Below, one piece after another: positions 1-10,618 of a DNA stretch of 64,000 nucleotides; the first letter of the stretch is position 1; each line of letters opens with the position of its first letter. A model generated the notes under the pieces. That model was not told where the DNA came from and searched no databases. It saw only the letters and a program-made list of their open reading frames with translations. Origin of the DNA: Giardia intestinalis. Its lineage: Eukaryota. Made by a program: the position numbers and the translations under genes. The DNA is taken from NCBI GenBank assembly GCA_000002435.2, contig CM018790.1; one strand, written 5' to 3'.

Positions 1-69
1 ATAATAGCCAACCCAGCGCTGACAGTTGCTGGCATAGTACAGCCGATTCAATCTGTACTAACAGAGCAA

Positions 70-786
70 ATGATGATAGCGTCCTCCGATATCTCCCTCC
101 AGATGAAAGAAATGACCATGGCTGCCTCCGGGATTAACTTTTCTAAGCTCTCGGAACAAGAGCGAGACTCACTGGACACACAGTACATAGCGTTTGGGAA
201 AATCGCAAAGCCTCCCAGCGTTACGGCCATAGCACAGCTTAGTGAGGAAGATCTAGCTGAATTTGCTAGGAGAAGAAGTAAGAGCGGAGCACGAGGGAGC
301 TCGGCCAAATCCGCAATGTCTGGGGCGAGTGCTCGCCAGAGAAGCGCTGCTATTCACATGGGATACGCACGCATCTCAGATAAGATCAAGCTAGAAAAGG
401 CCAAGTTACTGAAGCAACAGCAGCACCAAGAGGTCGGCTCTGCTTCGGAGACCAGGACAGGCATAAAGAACACCGTGAGCTATCAGACCGCGACGTCTCT
501 TGATGGAAGCCAGCGCCTCAGGGGGTATTCTGCAGCTGCCGCATCCAATATGCTGTCGAGTACCATGGTATCAGCCCCAGAGCTCAATAGCAATGTTGTC
601 CAAGAGAACGTTGGGCCGATACAAATGAGTCCAGAACAAGAGGAGTTCAGTATGAGGGTTATGGCTAGCTCTGTGCGGCGAGACTCTGGCTTTAGCCCAA
701 TTTATGGGTTCCGCCCCCCGAACATCCTTTCTGACAACTCGTCCAAAGCACGCGTTGACTTAAGTGGGTGTCTCGGTAGTTGCTAA
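70..786 (+). CDS. hypothetical Ser/Ala-rich protein. The reading frame is open from window position 1, so the gene may be 5'-truncated by the window edge.
   Basis: ATG at 70-72 verified, stop TAA at 784-786. The same frame has no stop between nt 1 and 70. Only weakly A-rich upstream of the ATG. No recognisable domain. Confidence 0.45.
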   Translation: MMIASSDISLQMKEMTMAASGINFSKLSEQERDSLDTQYIAFGKIAKPPSVTAIAQLSEEDLAEFARRRSKSGARGSSAKSAMSGASARQRSAAIHMGYARISDKIKLEKAKLLKQQQHQEVGSASETRTGIKNTVSYQTATSLDGSQRLRGYSAAAASNMLSSTMVSAPELNSNVVQENVGPIQMSPEQEEFSMRVMASSVRRDSGFSPIYGFRPPNILSDNSSKARVDLSGCLGSC

Positions 787-1030
787 CATTGAAGAATAAT
801 TGGTCTGGAGTTAAAGGATCCTTTTCTTTTCTTTTCTTTTTTCTCTCTCAGACCTAACAGAATACTTAACTAAATTAACTAGATTCTGACACAATAAAGA
901 AGTGCCTGTAACTTCATTAACCTCGAAACGTCACGCGGACACAGCATACTGGTGTTGTTGTATTGGATGCAAAGGTGGCATCGGTTATAGTTGTTGCACA
1001 GGCTTGTAAAATTGGCTAGTGAAGTTTAAA

Positions 1031-4000
1031 ATGTTGTTTCTTTTAGTATACTTGTGTCTAACTTTATCCACTTTTCCATTTCCGCCTGCACCAGCCTCTC
1101 CAGATCCCAGTCGAAAGTACTTTTCAGTCCTCTCCCCCATCAAGTCCTTCTATGTAATTAGCGATCCAAGTCAGTATCCAGCGGACTTACTGTCCTCTTA
1201 TGTGGCCTCTCTATCGAGCGTTGCAGAGCAGTATAATACCTCATTTGATTCTAAGACACGCACCTGGAGTGATCTAGGTGCGTTGACGAGCGCTTCCAAT
1301 CTTCAAAAGTATATAAACAGAGTGCTGGAAATGGCCATTGCCTATCAGACAGAAGGCACAACCTTATACCAGCAGGCTTTGGTGCGCGAAAATATCCTGA
1401 CAGCGTTTTGTTACCTGTCTCAGTACTATTCATCATCCACAACGTATAGCTCAGACGAATACGCCTGGAGTCTGGTTATTCCCAATAGTCTCATTGATCT
1501 CTTAATTGTCTTGCACGATATTTACAACACCGCGAGTAGTACTGAGCACTATTACTATGTAAGCCTCCGTCTGATTCTAGGGGGTCTATTCACGGTTCCT
1601 GCTCAATCCCAGCTAGTGCAGGAGTGCACAGGAGATCCCACCAAATGGTATGATGATACCAGGTGCCCTGTGAGTGCCGTTCTCATGGAGCTCTATGCAG
1701 CGAAGATTGTGATTTTCAGCTCCTTAATGGTCGGCGACCTCAGCTCCATGACCAAATACTACAACAGAGTGAGCGCACTTCTTGAAGCACGTGACCCTGA
1801 CTACGACGTCGTCCCTCAACCTGTCCTCTATGACGGGTTCCGCACTGATGGCACCTTTATTGAATATTATTCTAGCGTGATTTTTGGATCCACCGGTCAA
1901 TCCCTGCTCTACCTGCTTTCCTGCATCCTTGCCCCGGCCAAGCAGATCGAGGAGGCTCTATTTTCAAACAAGAGCCCGGGCGACGTTGTCAAGATTACAT
2001 CCCAGGTCTCAACCATTTTTCAAGAGGTTGCCACATACTTCACTGGCACAATCCTGCCCTTTGTGGCGAACTGTGGATTTGTCGACTCCTTGTCTGGGGC
2101 AGAGGTGGCATCAGGGGTTGACAATCCGTACAAGCGCCTAGGCAATATATTCATTGGATTGTTTCAGATTGTCTCCGTCGCCAACTCCAGTGGATACAGC
2201 CTCCATGCATCCTACGAGCGCATCTACAAGCACTGCAACTACTTCATACTCAACTGCCCACAACTTAAGACTCATCTGATTTCTCACCTAAACTTTCCTA
2301 CTCTCGGGCTGTGGAACAAGGTCACGGGGGTCTTTCTATCTTCTCCCACGTACCCTGGCGAACTCATGGTTGGGCACTATCCGCTCATTCACGGAGACCA
2401 CTATGCCTACCAGGCAAGGCATTTCTCCCTGATAATCGCCATGAACTCGTATCGTACGCGGAACTTTCAGTGCATCAATGATCTCAACAAGCTCGGGTTC
2501 TATCAGGCGGCAGGGGCAGTCTTTCCCTTTGTCAGAGACCACCCGAAGCAATACGAGGACTATGTTCTGCTGGCATCATCGCATGATTATGCAGGCATTA
2601 TATATGACTCGGGTTATCTGCCAGATTGCTCATCTCAATCTCATCTCTATGGAACACTTTCACCTGGACGCTTTGTCTCTAGCATAACAGATGGCACGCA
2701 TGGGAGCGCAACGATGGATTACTATAATGCCCGCTCCAATACCATCCGTTATAAGACCATTTACCTCATGGAGTCTCTCAGAGAAGGGCTCCATGTGGCT
2801 CAGTTGACCTCCACCACGACGAGCTCTATTACTCTAATGGCAAATCTGGCTACTATTCCATTTGGTGAGCGAGATACGACAGAAGTGTATATTGATGGAA
2901 CTAAACAAACCATCACTGGGACCTATCAGTTCACAGGACCAAGGAGGATTCTTTTCAAGGTAGTTCCATATACTGGCAATGCATACGCTGCAGCTCTTAT
3001 TCTTCCCACAGGTTTGAATGGAGTTATTAAAAATGTGACAGTGCTGCGAGCATACTCTGAGCTTGGTGGCACTTCCGCTAGTCAGGAAACGCTACGCGCC
3101 CTCATTGTCACAACAACCTTACAAAGGGCTTCACCCTCTCCAGGCAGCGGCCAGTGGCAGCCTTTTCAGTCCCTTGTGTATTCCTACTATCCCTATCTTC
3201 CTATAGATACTACAGACGATCAGCTTAATGGTTTTATGAATAGCTACACTCTATCCTTTGGTGGTGGCTCTCAAGCTGAGCACACAGTCGACGACAATAC
3301 TGGAATGCTTTCCTACACACAAGGAAACAATAGGATCATCGCCCTCAATTTCTATAGTGCCGGCACAGCAACACTCTATGGCTCAACTACTATCCAGTCT
3401 AGTGTCATCTCACAAGTGCTCTTTGTGCAGGCTCCAGGAAAGTACACTATCACCGTCAGAAATCCTGTGTCTTCCACAGCTACCGAAATCAGACTAGAAC
3501 TTAACGGCCTTGCAGACATGGCGAGCGTTCAGCACTGGTGCACCACCGGGGGATCTACGGGAGCAAACAATCTGTACGTTGTGGCACGCCTTAGCAGAAT
3601 AGCCACGTGTCAAATAGTTGTCACGCGTGGTGCGTCTCCTGCGCCTCTGCCCTCCAACATTCCTCCTTCCACAGGTCGCCCGCCGTATGTGCCACCTTCT
3701 GAACCGTTAGATGACCTGTTGTATGACACATCTACAGACGTGATTAACATATCAAACAACACCGAAAGTACAAAGCGCATCGATTGGGTAGTAGTAGCCC
3801 CGATCTCCATTGCAGCTGTTCTTATAGCGATTTGTGCGGCAATTGGGATCTGGAAGTTTCTGTCTGTTCGGAAACGCATTGTCAATGTTAAAGAAGAGCT
3901 ACAGTCGTTTAGGCCGATCAACATACCCGATACCATAACCCGTCCCGATAGTCGGGCATCGGACGCTAGCTTAATACAGAGCTCTGTATCTCCCGAGTAC

Positions 4001-4201
4001 AACATTAGCAAGAACTGTATGACTATTGAGGATACAGTAAGAATATCTCAGAGAATGAAGGGGTCCCAGAGCAGAGTGTTTAAGCAGTTCACCAAGAAGG
4101 CCTCTAAGGCACAACAACAGGATGAAGGAGACAGTGATGGGATTGAGAACGACAGCGCCAGCGACATACCGGTCCACTTTGCAGAGAGAATCTTCGATTG
4201 A
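1031..4201 (+). CDS. large type I membrane protein (signal peptide, ~990-aa ectodomain, one C-terminal TM helix, ~110-aa cytoplasmic tail), hypothetical
   Basis: The track ORF starts at GTG 1019. The first in-frame ATG is at 1031 and is preceded by an A/T-rich initiator (gaagtttaaaATG). N-terminus MLFLLVYLCLTLS is signal-peptide-like. C-terminal hydrophobic stretch WVVVAPISIAAVLIAICAAIGIW is followed by KFLSVRKR. Confidence 0.75.
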   Translation: MLFLLVYLCLTLSTFPFPPAPASPDPSRKYFSVLSPIKSFYVISDPSQYPADLLSSYVASLSSVAEQYNTSFDSKTRTWSDLGALTSASNLQKYINRVLEMAIAYQTEGTTLYQQALVRENILTAFCYLSQYYSSSTTYSSDEYAWSLVIPNSLIDLLIVLHDIYNTASSTEHYYYVSLRLILGGLFTVPAQSQLVQECTGDPTKWYDDTRCPVSAVLMELYAAKIVIFSSLMVGDLSSMTKYYNRVSALLEARDPDYDVVPQPVLYDGFRTDGTFIEYYSSVIFGSTGQSLLYLLSCILAPAKQIEEALFSNKSPGDVVKITSQVSTIFQEVATYFTGTILPFVANCGFVDSLSGAEVASGVDNPYKRLGNIFIGLFQIVSVANSSGYSLHASYERIYKHCNYFILNCPQLKTHLISHLNFPTLGLWNKVTGVFLSSPTYPGELMVGHYPLIHGDHYAYQARHFSLIIAMNSYRTRNFQCINDLNKLGFYQAAGAVFPFVRDHPKQYEDYVLLASSHDYAGIIYDSGYLPDCSSQSHLYGTLSPGRFVSSITDGTHGSATMDYYNARSNTIRYKTIYLMESLREGLHVAQLTSTTTSSITLMANLATIPFGERDTTEVYIDGTKQTITGTYQFTGPRRILFKVVPYTGNAYAAALILPTGLNGVIKNVTVLRAYSELGGTSASQETLRALIVTTTLQRASPSPGSGQWQPFQSLVYSYYPYLPIDTTDDQLNGFMNSYTLSFGGGSQAEHTVDDNTGMLSYTQGNNRIIALNFYSAGTATLYGSTTIQSSVISQVLFVQAPGKYTITVRNPVSSTATEIRLELNGLADMASVQHWCTTGGSTGANNLYVVARLSRIATCQIVVTRGASPAPLPSNIPPSTGRPPYVPPSEPLDDLLYDTSTDVINISNNTESTKRIDWVVVAPISIAAVLIAICAAIGIWKFLSVRKRIVNVKEELQSFRPINIPDTITRPDSRASDASLIQSSVSPEYNISKNCMTIEDTVRISQRMKGSQSRVFKQFTKKASKAQQQDEGDSDGIENDSASDIPVHFAERIFD

Positions 4202-4740
4202 TCACATCTGCTCCTCTACTCAGAGGATGCTAGGTGTCTGAAGATGGTATTGCCACCTTCTTAACTCTGGATAACACATGTGTCTATCCAGCTTTCGGTT
4301 GTGAAAGAGCCTATCTGTGTGCTGTTTGCCACATACCACTCTATAACTCATATCTGTGCTTCATCAAATTAACGAAGACGAGACTGCCATCTTGCATCTT
4401 CACAGAAGCTAGTTTAACGGGACTGACGGCTGGCGGTGTCCATCGTTGAGCTGGTTGCTGTCAGAAGCCGTTTGGTTCAGTTTTAACAAACCAAATTGCT
4501 ACAGTATCTTTCAAAAAATATGAAAAAAGTGTGAGATATTGCTAATAAACTTTAAAGCAATCCTAACCTTTTGCGTTAGTGTAGAACATCTACCTTAATT
4601 ATAAACTTCATTATAAACTTTGTGCTTATGCCAGAGCTCCATGCCCACTGCCTGGCCTCTTTGTAGAGGTGCTATAGTGGGAGGTAGAAGATGACCAAAC
4701 ACACCTGTTGCCTCAATATGTTGTTCTAATAATTTCTTTC

Positions 4741-5052
4741 ATGAGCCTCCTTGTCTTGGGTCCACGCTTTCTTCTTGAGAGGGCTGTCGAGGCAGCTGGG
4801 GATGTTTACACAGGTGCTGGTGGTCTTCAGGAGTATGTGGTGCGTCGCGTGGGGACAGGGGTTGGTAGGAACTATGAGAGCATTACGGAGGGGGACCACG
4901 TCTTAGTGCCTGCGTCTGTCGGGCAAGAACTACAAATACCCGGGATCCAGGGACTCGTCCTGGTTGATGAGGAGGACGTACTAATAAAGACTGACAGGGA
5001 AAAGTGTTTACTCGGTGGCTTTTCCGGTACTTTCACTGCATCATCTCATTGA
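4741..5052 (+). CDS. possible small secreted protein (103 aa) in an otherwise ORF-poor spacer. Low confidence.
   Basis: The track ORF starts at TTG 4708. The first ATG is at 4741 with an A/T-rich upstream (ctaataatttctttcATG). N-terminus MSLLVLGPRFLL is hydrophobic. Composition is non-repetitive. The 3' end overlaps the convergent gene 5033..5410 by 20 nt. Confidence 0.25.
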   Translation: MSLLVLGPRFLLERAVEAAGDVYTGAGGLQEYVVRRVGTGVGRNYESITEGDHVLVPASVGQELQIPGIQGLVLVDEEDVLIKTDREKCLLGGFSGTFTASSH

Positions 5053-5410
5053 AGACCTGATCCAGTGTGATGCCATGCTCCTTCATGTAATTGTCTATCA
5101 TCGGTAGCACCTTGTCTTCCAGGAGATCCTTCGGTATGACAAGTCCATTGCAGATTACAAACTTGTGGCCCTTGAGTTCCACTATATCACCAAACTCAGT
5201 TGCATCTTCTCCCAGATCTTCTTCGTCCTGCAAAGTTGGCTCCACAGAGACGGAGGCAGGAGGGTTCATCAGGGAAGAGTGTGTGCCGGAAAGAAGTTCA
5301 ACCGCCCACTGGCACAGAGCAGATGTTGGAATAAGCTTTGCTGTTGCATTTGCCCTACGAATTTCGTTCATTTTCGCCTCGATCTGGGACTGGGTGAACT
5401 GCGATGCCAT
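5033..5410 (-). CDS. hypothetical 125-aa protein
   Basis: ATG (CAT on +) at 5408-5410 verified, preceded on the coding strand by ccaaaatttaaaagatagaATG (A/T-rich initiator). Globular-looking composition. I do not recognise the family. Confidence 0.55.
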   Translation of the reverse strand: MASQFTQSQIEAKMNEIRRANATAKLIPTSALCQWAVELLSGTHSSLMNPPASVSVEPTLQDEEDLGEDATEFGDIVELKGHKFVICNGLVIPKDLLEDKVLPMIDNYMKEHGITLDQVFNEMMQ

Positions 5411-5454
5411 TCTATCTTTTAAATTTTGGATTCCTGTTCCCGACTGTCGGCAAA

Positions 5455-5694
5455 TTATGCATCCCTAGCCTCGGTAAACTCCGCTATTATCTCGTTTTTC
5501 CTAGCAATAAGCGTTCTTTCTTCGGCCTCTATAACTGCAAGCTCCTCGTTGCACTTTTTGATTTCGTCTTGTAACCGAGCCTTGGCGGATTCTATTCCCT
5601 TCTTATCCACCTTTAGTCCGTCAGCCAGTGACGGGTGCATCGCCTGGTAGACCCCCGCGGCCAAGAACTCCCGCTCGTTGAGGCTCTTCTTCAT
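5455..5694 (-). CDS. small (79 aa) coiled-coil/charged protein, hypothetical
   Basis: ATG at 5692-5694 verified, with upstream agaaaaattaagcgcATG. K/E/A-rich heptad-like sequence. Confidence 0.45.
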   Translation of the reverse strand: MKKSLNEREFLAAGVYQAMHPSLADGLKVDKKGIESAKARLQDEIKKCNEELAVIEAEERTLIARKNEIIAEFTEARDA

Positions 5695-5744
5695 GCGCTT
5701 AATTTTTCTGCGACATCAATCTTCCAACTTAATTTACAAAGGAC

Positions 5745-8700
5745 CTATTTGCCTACACCATATGGAACACCCCCTGGCACTCCCGGACCTATTCCAGCGA
5801 CTCCTGGCCGGGACACACCAACAGCAAATGGGGTATACCCCCCTGCGTAAGTAGTGGAAGGAGGCGGCAGCCCTACAGATGGCCGACCACTTGTGGAGAT
5901 AGATCGCTGGGATCCGATCATATCTGTAGATCCAATCAAGGAGCCTGTGGCGGAGCCACCGAGTGATGCCGCAGAGGAGATCATGGCTGGATAAGTCTTC
6001 GGAACCGATGGATTAGATACCGATCGTGAATAACTTGGAACTGCACCCGCAGAGCCAGCAAACCCTAGCCCTGCGCCCAGTCCGTGAAGGTATGATTGAG
6101 CCCCCGGCCCAAGAGGTGGCATCCCACCCACAAGGCCACCCACTGCATTGGGCACAGTGATGTTAGATCCTCCAGTAGAAACAAGTGTACTGGGAACATT
6201 GTATCCCATCGTGCGGGGTACTGACGGAGCGCTTGGAGGCCCACCAATAGTTGGCTTGTAGGTTGCAGAAGCACCGATTGAGAAGTCTGTTCGACCTGGG
6301 TACACCATCCCGGTACCAGAAGGCGTTGTTGCCAGTGTACTATGGCTGCTTTGTGATGTGCCAGAGCCACCGTATCGCATAGAAGCTGTTGTAGAAGGAT
6401 ACATAAGGGTTGTTTGCGGTGAAGAGGGTCTCTGGCTCTGGGCGCGATCTACAGAAGGGTACGTGGAGCCTGCGGTGGAATGCAGTCCTTGATGGATACC
6501 TCCAAACGATCCTACAGATGCGCTTCGCGTGGCAGAGACCGTTGTGGCAAGGTCTCGGTTCTCTATTTGGGCCTTTTGCAGCTCTATATCTAGCTGCATC
6601 TTCTCACGTTCCATAAGTTCTGTCTTTCGCCGCTCGTCGTCGATTTCAGCTTTAAGGCTAGTCATTTCAGTGCGCAGGTGCTTCATCTCCTCATGATCGT
6701 ACTGATATTTGATACCGGCTTTTAGTAATGCACATATTTCCTCTACATCCCTCTCATGGGGGACGTTGACTTGAGCCACCGCATTGAGTGGTGCGGAGTC
6801 GTATGGGCTAGTGCCTGCTATGCGTTCTTCCATGATCATAGAAGGCTCATCATCTAGCAAGAAGCTGCTTTCAGAGGCACGCCCGGCTTTCGATATTAGA
6901 TTGAAGCCCAGATCGGGGCTAAAGACGTTGTACTTGATTTTTCCTTCGGAGCTTTCTGCTATCTTCTCGTATGGCATAGCCAGCGAGATGATCTTTCTCT
7001 TGAATATGCTGAGTATTTTCGTCATTTTGACGAGTCTTGTTTCGTTCTCTGTGGTCACTGCCAGTTTTGTTTTCAGTTCGGAAAGCTGCTTCTCGGCCTC
7101 TGTTTTGTCTATGTAATACCTCTTAATCTCCTCCAATGCTTCTTTGTACCGAGCATCTGCTGCGGTCAGCTGATCTTTATATCTGGTGACCTCGGCACTG
7201 GCGGTTGTCTCCACGGTCGAGAGCTGCTGCTGCATTCGGGTGGTCATGAGCTGATCGTACTCGGATCGGAGTGTCTGCTCCATGGTGGTGTATTGCATTT
7301 CGACTTCACGGAGGCGTGCCGTTAAATCGCAGACTTCCTTTTTATATTGATCGTTTAAGGCATTGTATTCTGCCTTACGCTCACTAAGCGCTTCCTCTAG
7401 ACGAGATACCTCCTTCATGAGACCCTCAGTTGTCGCCCGCCCCTCGGCCGCGGTTGCTTTTGCCTCCATAAGATCCCTTGTCGCATTTGTAGCCTCGTGC
7501 TTCTTGCTTTCTGCATCTTTGCTATATTGTATGAGGCTTGTGTGTGCTTCGTTTAACAGATCTGTCAAATTGCCTATCTCCTGCTCGGCCATAACAAGCT
7601 TTGCGGTCAGCTCACTGCATTTCTTGTCCAGCATGATGTTATTCTCACTCAAGATATTGTACTCCTCTGTGAGGATAGTAAGGTCACTAACAGCACGCTG
7701 TTGTGTAGCCGTGGCGTCTGCTCGATCCTTATTGGCGTTGCTGTAAGCCTCCTTGGCACCGTCTAGCTCCTCTGCCAGCTCTTCCTTTTGCCTCTTAAGC
7801 TTCTCGCATTGTTCCAGAACGCCCTTCCACTCTGTTTCCAGGCGCATCTTCTCTATCTTCAGCTCGCTGTAATTTATTTCTGATGTCTCGTATTTCTTAC
7901 GCAGCTCGTCACATTTCCCAGTGAGTTCTTGGATATCCTTTTCGTACTTGGCCCTTTCCTGATTGTAATTTGTAATGGTAGCGTTTGCTTCTCTGAGCTT
8001 AGACTCTGTGTCTTTCAGGCGTGCACCCATTGTATTGGCCAGTGTGACGAGCTCACGATTACGGTCAATGGCTTCCTTCGCATCTTGTGCTGAAGATACC
8101 GCACTAGAGGTCTGACGATTGAGCTCGTTGACTGCCTTTGCCAAATCTGTTTTCAGTTCACCAATATTTGCCTCCTTCGCCTGAATGATTGTGACAAGCT
8201 TCTTGTTATCTGCACGCAACTCCAACATCTTTCCTTCTAGGTCCTGCTTCTCCGTCAATAGATGACTTACTTGCTGCTTGGACTCCTCTAGTATCTTGTC
8301 CATGGTTGCAACCCTCTGTGCTTCAAGCGCAGAAGCCGCATAACCATCCTTCACACTCAGCATTTCTTTGTGAGCATCGTGGAGCTGATTTTTGCACTTT
8401 TCGAGCTGCTCTTGAGACTCACGGAAGTCTGTGTCTTTTCGTTTCACCTGCTCTTGCAATGAAAGGATTTCCTTGTCCTTGAGATCTATCATTTGACGGA
8501 ATTGATTGTTCTCCTTGTCGACGTTGAGAGTAAGTGTGCTCAGTTGACTAACCGCCTTTGGCACAATATAGTCGTTCTTTGTCGCATCCTCTAATATATG
8601 TGCTAACGACTCTAGCAATGGAAGAAGATCTGCATTTGTCGGAGATATTTGCTGCATTATAGCCACAAGCTTCTTCGAGAACTCGTCGTCTATGAATCCA

Positions 8701-10475
8701 TCCGGTATTTCGACGTTATCGATCATCAGGATCTTCTTCATCAGTAGCTCTGCTGTCTGCATACCAAGATGCTCCTTCATCTTCTCCTTACTGCCCCAGA
8801 GGGTCATCGATAGAAGGGACTGAACGATGGAAAGCATGTTGATGCCCATCTGCTGCATAAATGTCGCCTCGCTGAGAGGAGATGATGTCAAAGAAGAGGA
8901 GCGCTTACTTCTAATACTATCGATACAACCCTCAACTCCGTGTCGAAGAGAAACCACAAGAGCACCTATCTTTTGAAGCTCTTTCAGCGTTGCCGTTGCA
9001 TCATTAGAAATTAACTGATTTGAAGAGATCATCTCTGGTAGAGCAGCAGGCTCTGCTATATGGATGTCGAAGTTAAGTTCTTCTCTCCCCGAGTACTGTT
9101 GCAGCAGGCCAAGCGTTTCATAGAGGACCTCAACGACGCTCGCCGTACGCGTGTGGGGGAACATTACATTATCTGCATACCACTGCCTACTTCCTTGGTT
9201 ACCAGCTACTTTGAGCTCGAAAATACTGTCCTTGATGGATGAAGTATAGTCTGTCAGAGTCTGATCAAATGTACGCTTGAGGATGCTGCTCTCCTCTATC
9301 TTCTCTCTTTGATAGCTTTCAAAGGCAACCTTTATATTCATGTATTCGTTCAGTTGGCTGCTCAGTGCGTGGTTATCATCCTGAAGTTGGCGCATGTGTC
9401 CTTTCAACACAGATAGCTCCTGAGCTCTCTGATTTAATGATGCTCTTGCGCGAGTGATAGCATTATCTACAGCTATATTGAGTTTGTAAACGCACGTTGC
9501 AAGCGAGTCGGTGTCGTTTATGTTCATACTAGGGTCTGAAACTGTATCTGAAATGCGATCGACGTCCATGCGATCAGAGTCTATCTGCTTGAAGAGGTTA
9601 CACTTCGCAACCACTTCCGCAAGAATAGTCATGAGCTGTTGCGAATCCGTGTCCACAATGGGGTTGGGCTGTATGGTCGATCCAAGCATGTTTGGTAAGC
9701 CCTGGACAGGAGAGTAGATGCTGTCGATGTTACTAGTGTCTCTATCCCTCCGTAGTGCGTGTGCAGTCGTGTGAATGGAGGGCTTTGGGATTGTGTAATA
9801 CCCCTCTGAACCCAAGCCGAGGACACCCTCTCCACTAATGGCGCGCTGGACATCTGCCCGGAGGCGAGATATATCTATGGTGTGGGTCTGCTCGTTAGCT
9901 GCTGCCTCTAGGCCCTGCAATATTTTTCTGATATCAGCTTTAGTACGCGCATAGTCTATCTTCAGTGCTGGATCGTTATCCTGCAGCTGCACTTCGAGCT
10001 CGTGTGCCATAATTGTGACCTCCTTCGTTTTCTCCACGAGGCGTTCATACCTCGTCATCAGAAGATTGCACAGCTCTGTCTTGTCTCCGACTGTAGTACC
10101 AATCTTGTGGTGCAAATCCTGCACAAGAGTGTCATAGTTGCGTAGCTCCACAGCAAGCTGCGCTACGAAGTCTGGTCGCGAAGTGTAGGCACCTTGCTGG
10201 TTCTTTTCGCATGCTGCACGCCGATAGATCTTGCAGCGCCGATAAAGGTGCACAGAAAGTGAGCGGAGATACTCTGGATTGTTGGGTGCTTCAAGAACTG
10301 CCCGAATGCTGGTGTCTGCCGTCTCAAAAAGGGGATCCTGCTTGAGAAAGGCCAACTGGGCAAACGCTTCCAGATCATCTATTTCTGGGTCCATCCCGAT
10401 GTGCACTTCAGGAGCATTTATCTGAGAATCGCTCAGATGCGAGTAGGCGAAGCTTCTGCGACCTTGGTCGGCCAT
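5745..10475 (-). CDS. giant coiled-coil protein (1576 aa) with a C-terminal ~330-aa Gly/Ser/Pro/Tyr-rich low-complexity tail
   Basis: ATG at 10473-10475 and stop at 5745-5747 verified. Upstream aaaattttcactcttaATG. Long uninterrupted heptad-rich middle (EELx, LKxx repeats). The tail is G/P/S/Y-rich (…GGVPYGVGK). Confidence 0.8.
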   Translation of the reverse strand: MADQGRRSFAYSHLSDSQINAPEVHIGMDPEIDDLEAFAQLAFLKQDPLFETADTSIRAVLEAPNNPEYLRSLSVHLYRRCKIYRRAACEKNQQGAYTSRPDFVAQLAVELRNYDTLVQDLHHKIGTTVGDKTELCNLLMTRYERLVEKTKEVTIMAHELEVQLQDNDPALKIDYARTKADIRKILQGLEAAANEQTHTIDISRLRADVQRAISGEGVLGLGSEGYYTIPKPSIHTTAHALRRDRDTSNIDSIYSPVQGLPNMLGSTIQPNPIVDTDSQQLMTILAEVVAKCNLFKQIDSDRMDVDRISDTVSDPSMNINDTDSLATCVYKLNIAVDNAITRARASLNQRAQELSVLKGHMRQLQDDNHALSSQLNEYMNIKVAFESYQREKIEESSILKRTFDQTLTDYTSSIKDSIFELKVAGNQGSRQWYADNVMFPHTRTASVVEVLYETLGLLQQYSGREELNFDIHIAEPAALPEMISSNQLISNDATATLKELQKIGALVVSLRHGVEGCIDSIRSKRSSSLTSSPLSEATFMQQMGINMLSIVQSLLSMTLWGSKEKMKEHLGMQTAELLMKKILMIDNVEIPDGFIDDEFSKKLVAIMQQISPTNADLLPLLESLAHILEDATKNDYIVPKAVSQLSTLTLNVDKENNQFRQMIDLKDKEILSLQEQVKRKDTDFRESQEQLEKCKNQLHDAHKEMLSVKDGYAASALEAQRVATMDKILEESKQQVSHLLTEKQDLEGKMLELRADNKKLVTIIQAKEANIGELKTDLAKAVNELNRQTSSAVSSAQDAKEAIDRNRELVTLANTMGARLKDTESKLREANATITNYNQERAKYEKDIQELTGKCDELRKKYETSEINYSELKIEKMRLETEWKGVLEQCEKLKRQKEELAEELDGAKEAYSNANKDRADATATQQRAVSDLTILTEEYNILSENNIMLDKKCSELTAKLVMAEQEIGNLTDLLNEAHTSLIQYSKDAESKKHEATNATRDLMEAKATAAEGRATTEGLMKEVSRLEEALSERKAEYNALNDQYKKEVCDLTARLREVEMQYTTMEQTLRSEYDQLMTTRMQQQLSTVETTASAEVTRYKDQLTAADARYKEALEEIKRYYIDKTEAEKQLSELKTKLAVTTENETRLVKMTKILSIFKRKIISLAMPYEKIAESSEGKIKYNVFSPDLGFNLISKAGRASESSFLLDDEPSMIMEERIAGTSPYDSAPLNAVAQVNVPHERDVEEICALLKAGIKYQYDHEEMKHLRTEMTSLKAEIDDERRKTELMEREKMQLDIELQKAQIENRDLATTVSATRSASVGSFGGIHQGLHSTAGSTYPSVDRAQSQRPSSPQTTLMYPSTTASMRYGGSGTSQSSHSTLATTPSGTGMVYPGRTDFSIGASATYKPTIGGPPSAPSVPRTMGYNVPSTLVSTGGSNITVPNAVGGLVGGMPPLGPGAQSYLHGLGAGLGFAGSAGAVPSYSRSVSNPSVPKTYPAMISSAASLGGSATGSLIGSTDMIGSQRSISTSGRPSVGLPPPSTTYAGGYTPFAVGVSRPGVAGIGPGVPGGVPYGVGK

Positions 10476-10618
10476 TAAGAGTGAAAATTTTACTCTAAGA
10501 AACTAAGAAATTCCCTATTTTGGACATTTTGGACAACTTTCATAGATTATTGCAAACACGCATGAAATATTTATGATAAATTTACAAAAATAGGGAAAAT
10601 AAGTACAGAAGATCCGGG

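Noticed and set aside
821-860. Polypyrimidine tract cttttcttttcttttcttttttctctctcag followed by acctaac, superficially like a 3' splice acceptor with a branch-point-like CTAAC
   Set aside because: Known Giardia cis-introns lack polypyrimidine tracts and use a fused branch/acceptor motif (…CTRACACACAG). No upstream exon or GTATGT donor is evident, and the tract sits in the spacer between two complete ORFs. Recorded as a simple CT-rich repeat only.
5033-5410. Attempts to assign the 125-aa protein to Elongin C/Skp1, SRP14, L30e or profilin
   Set aside because: Only short local resemblances (e.g. LKGHKFVI vs SDGHEFIV) occur, and in the wrong position of the protein. There is no consistent collinearity, so the family is left unassigned.
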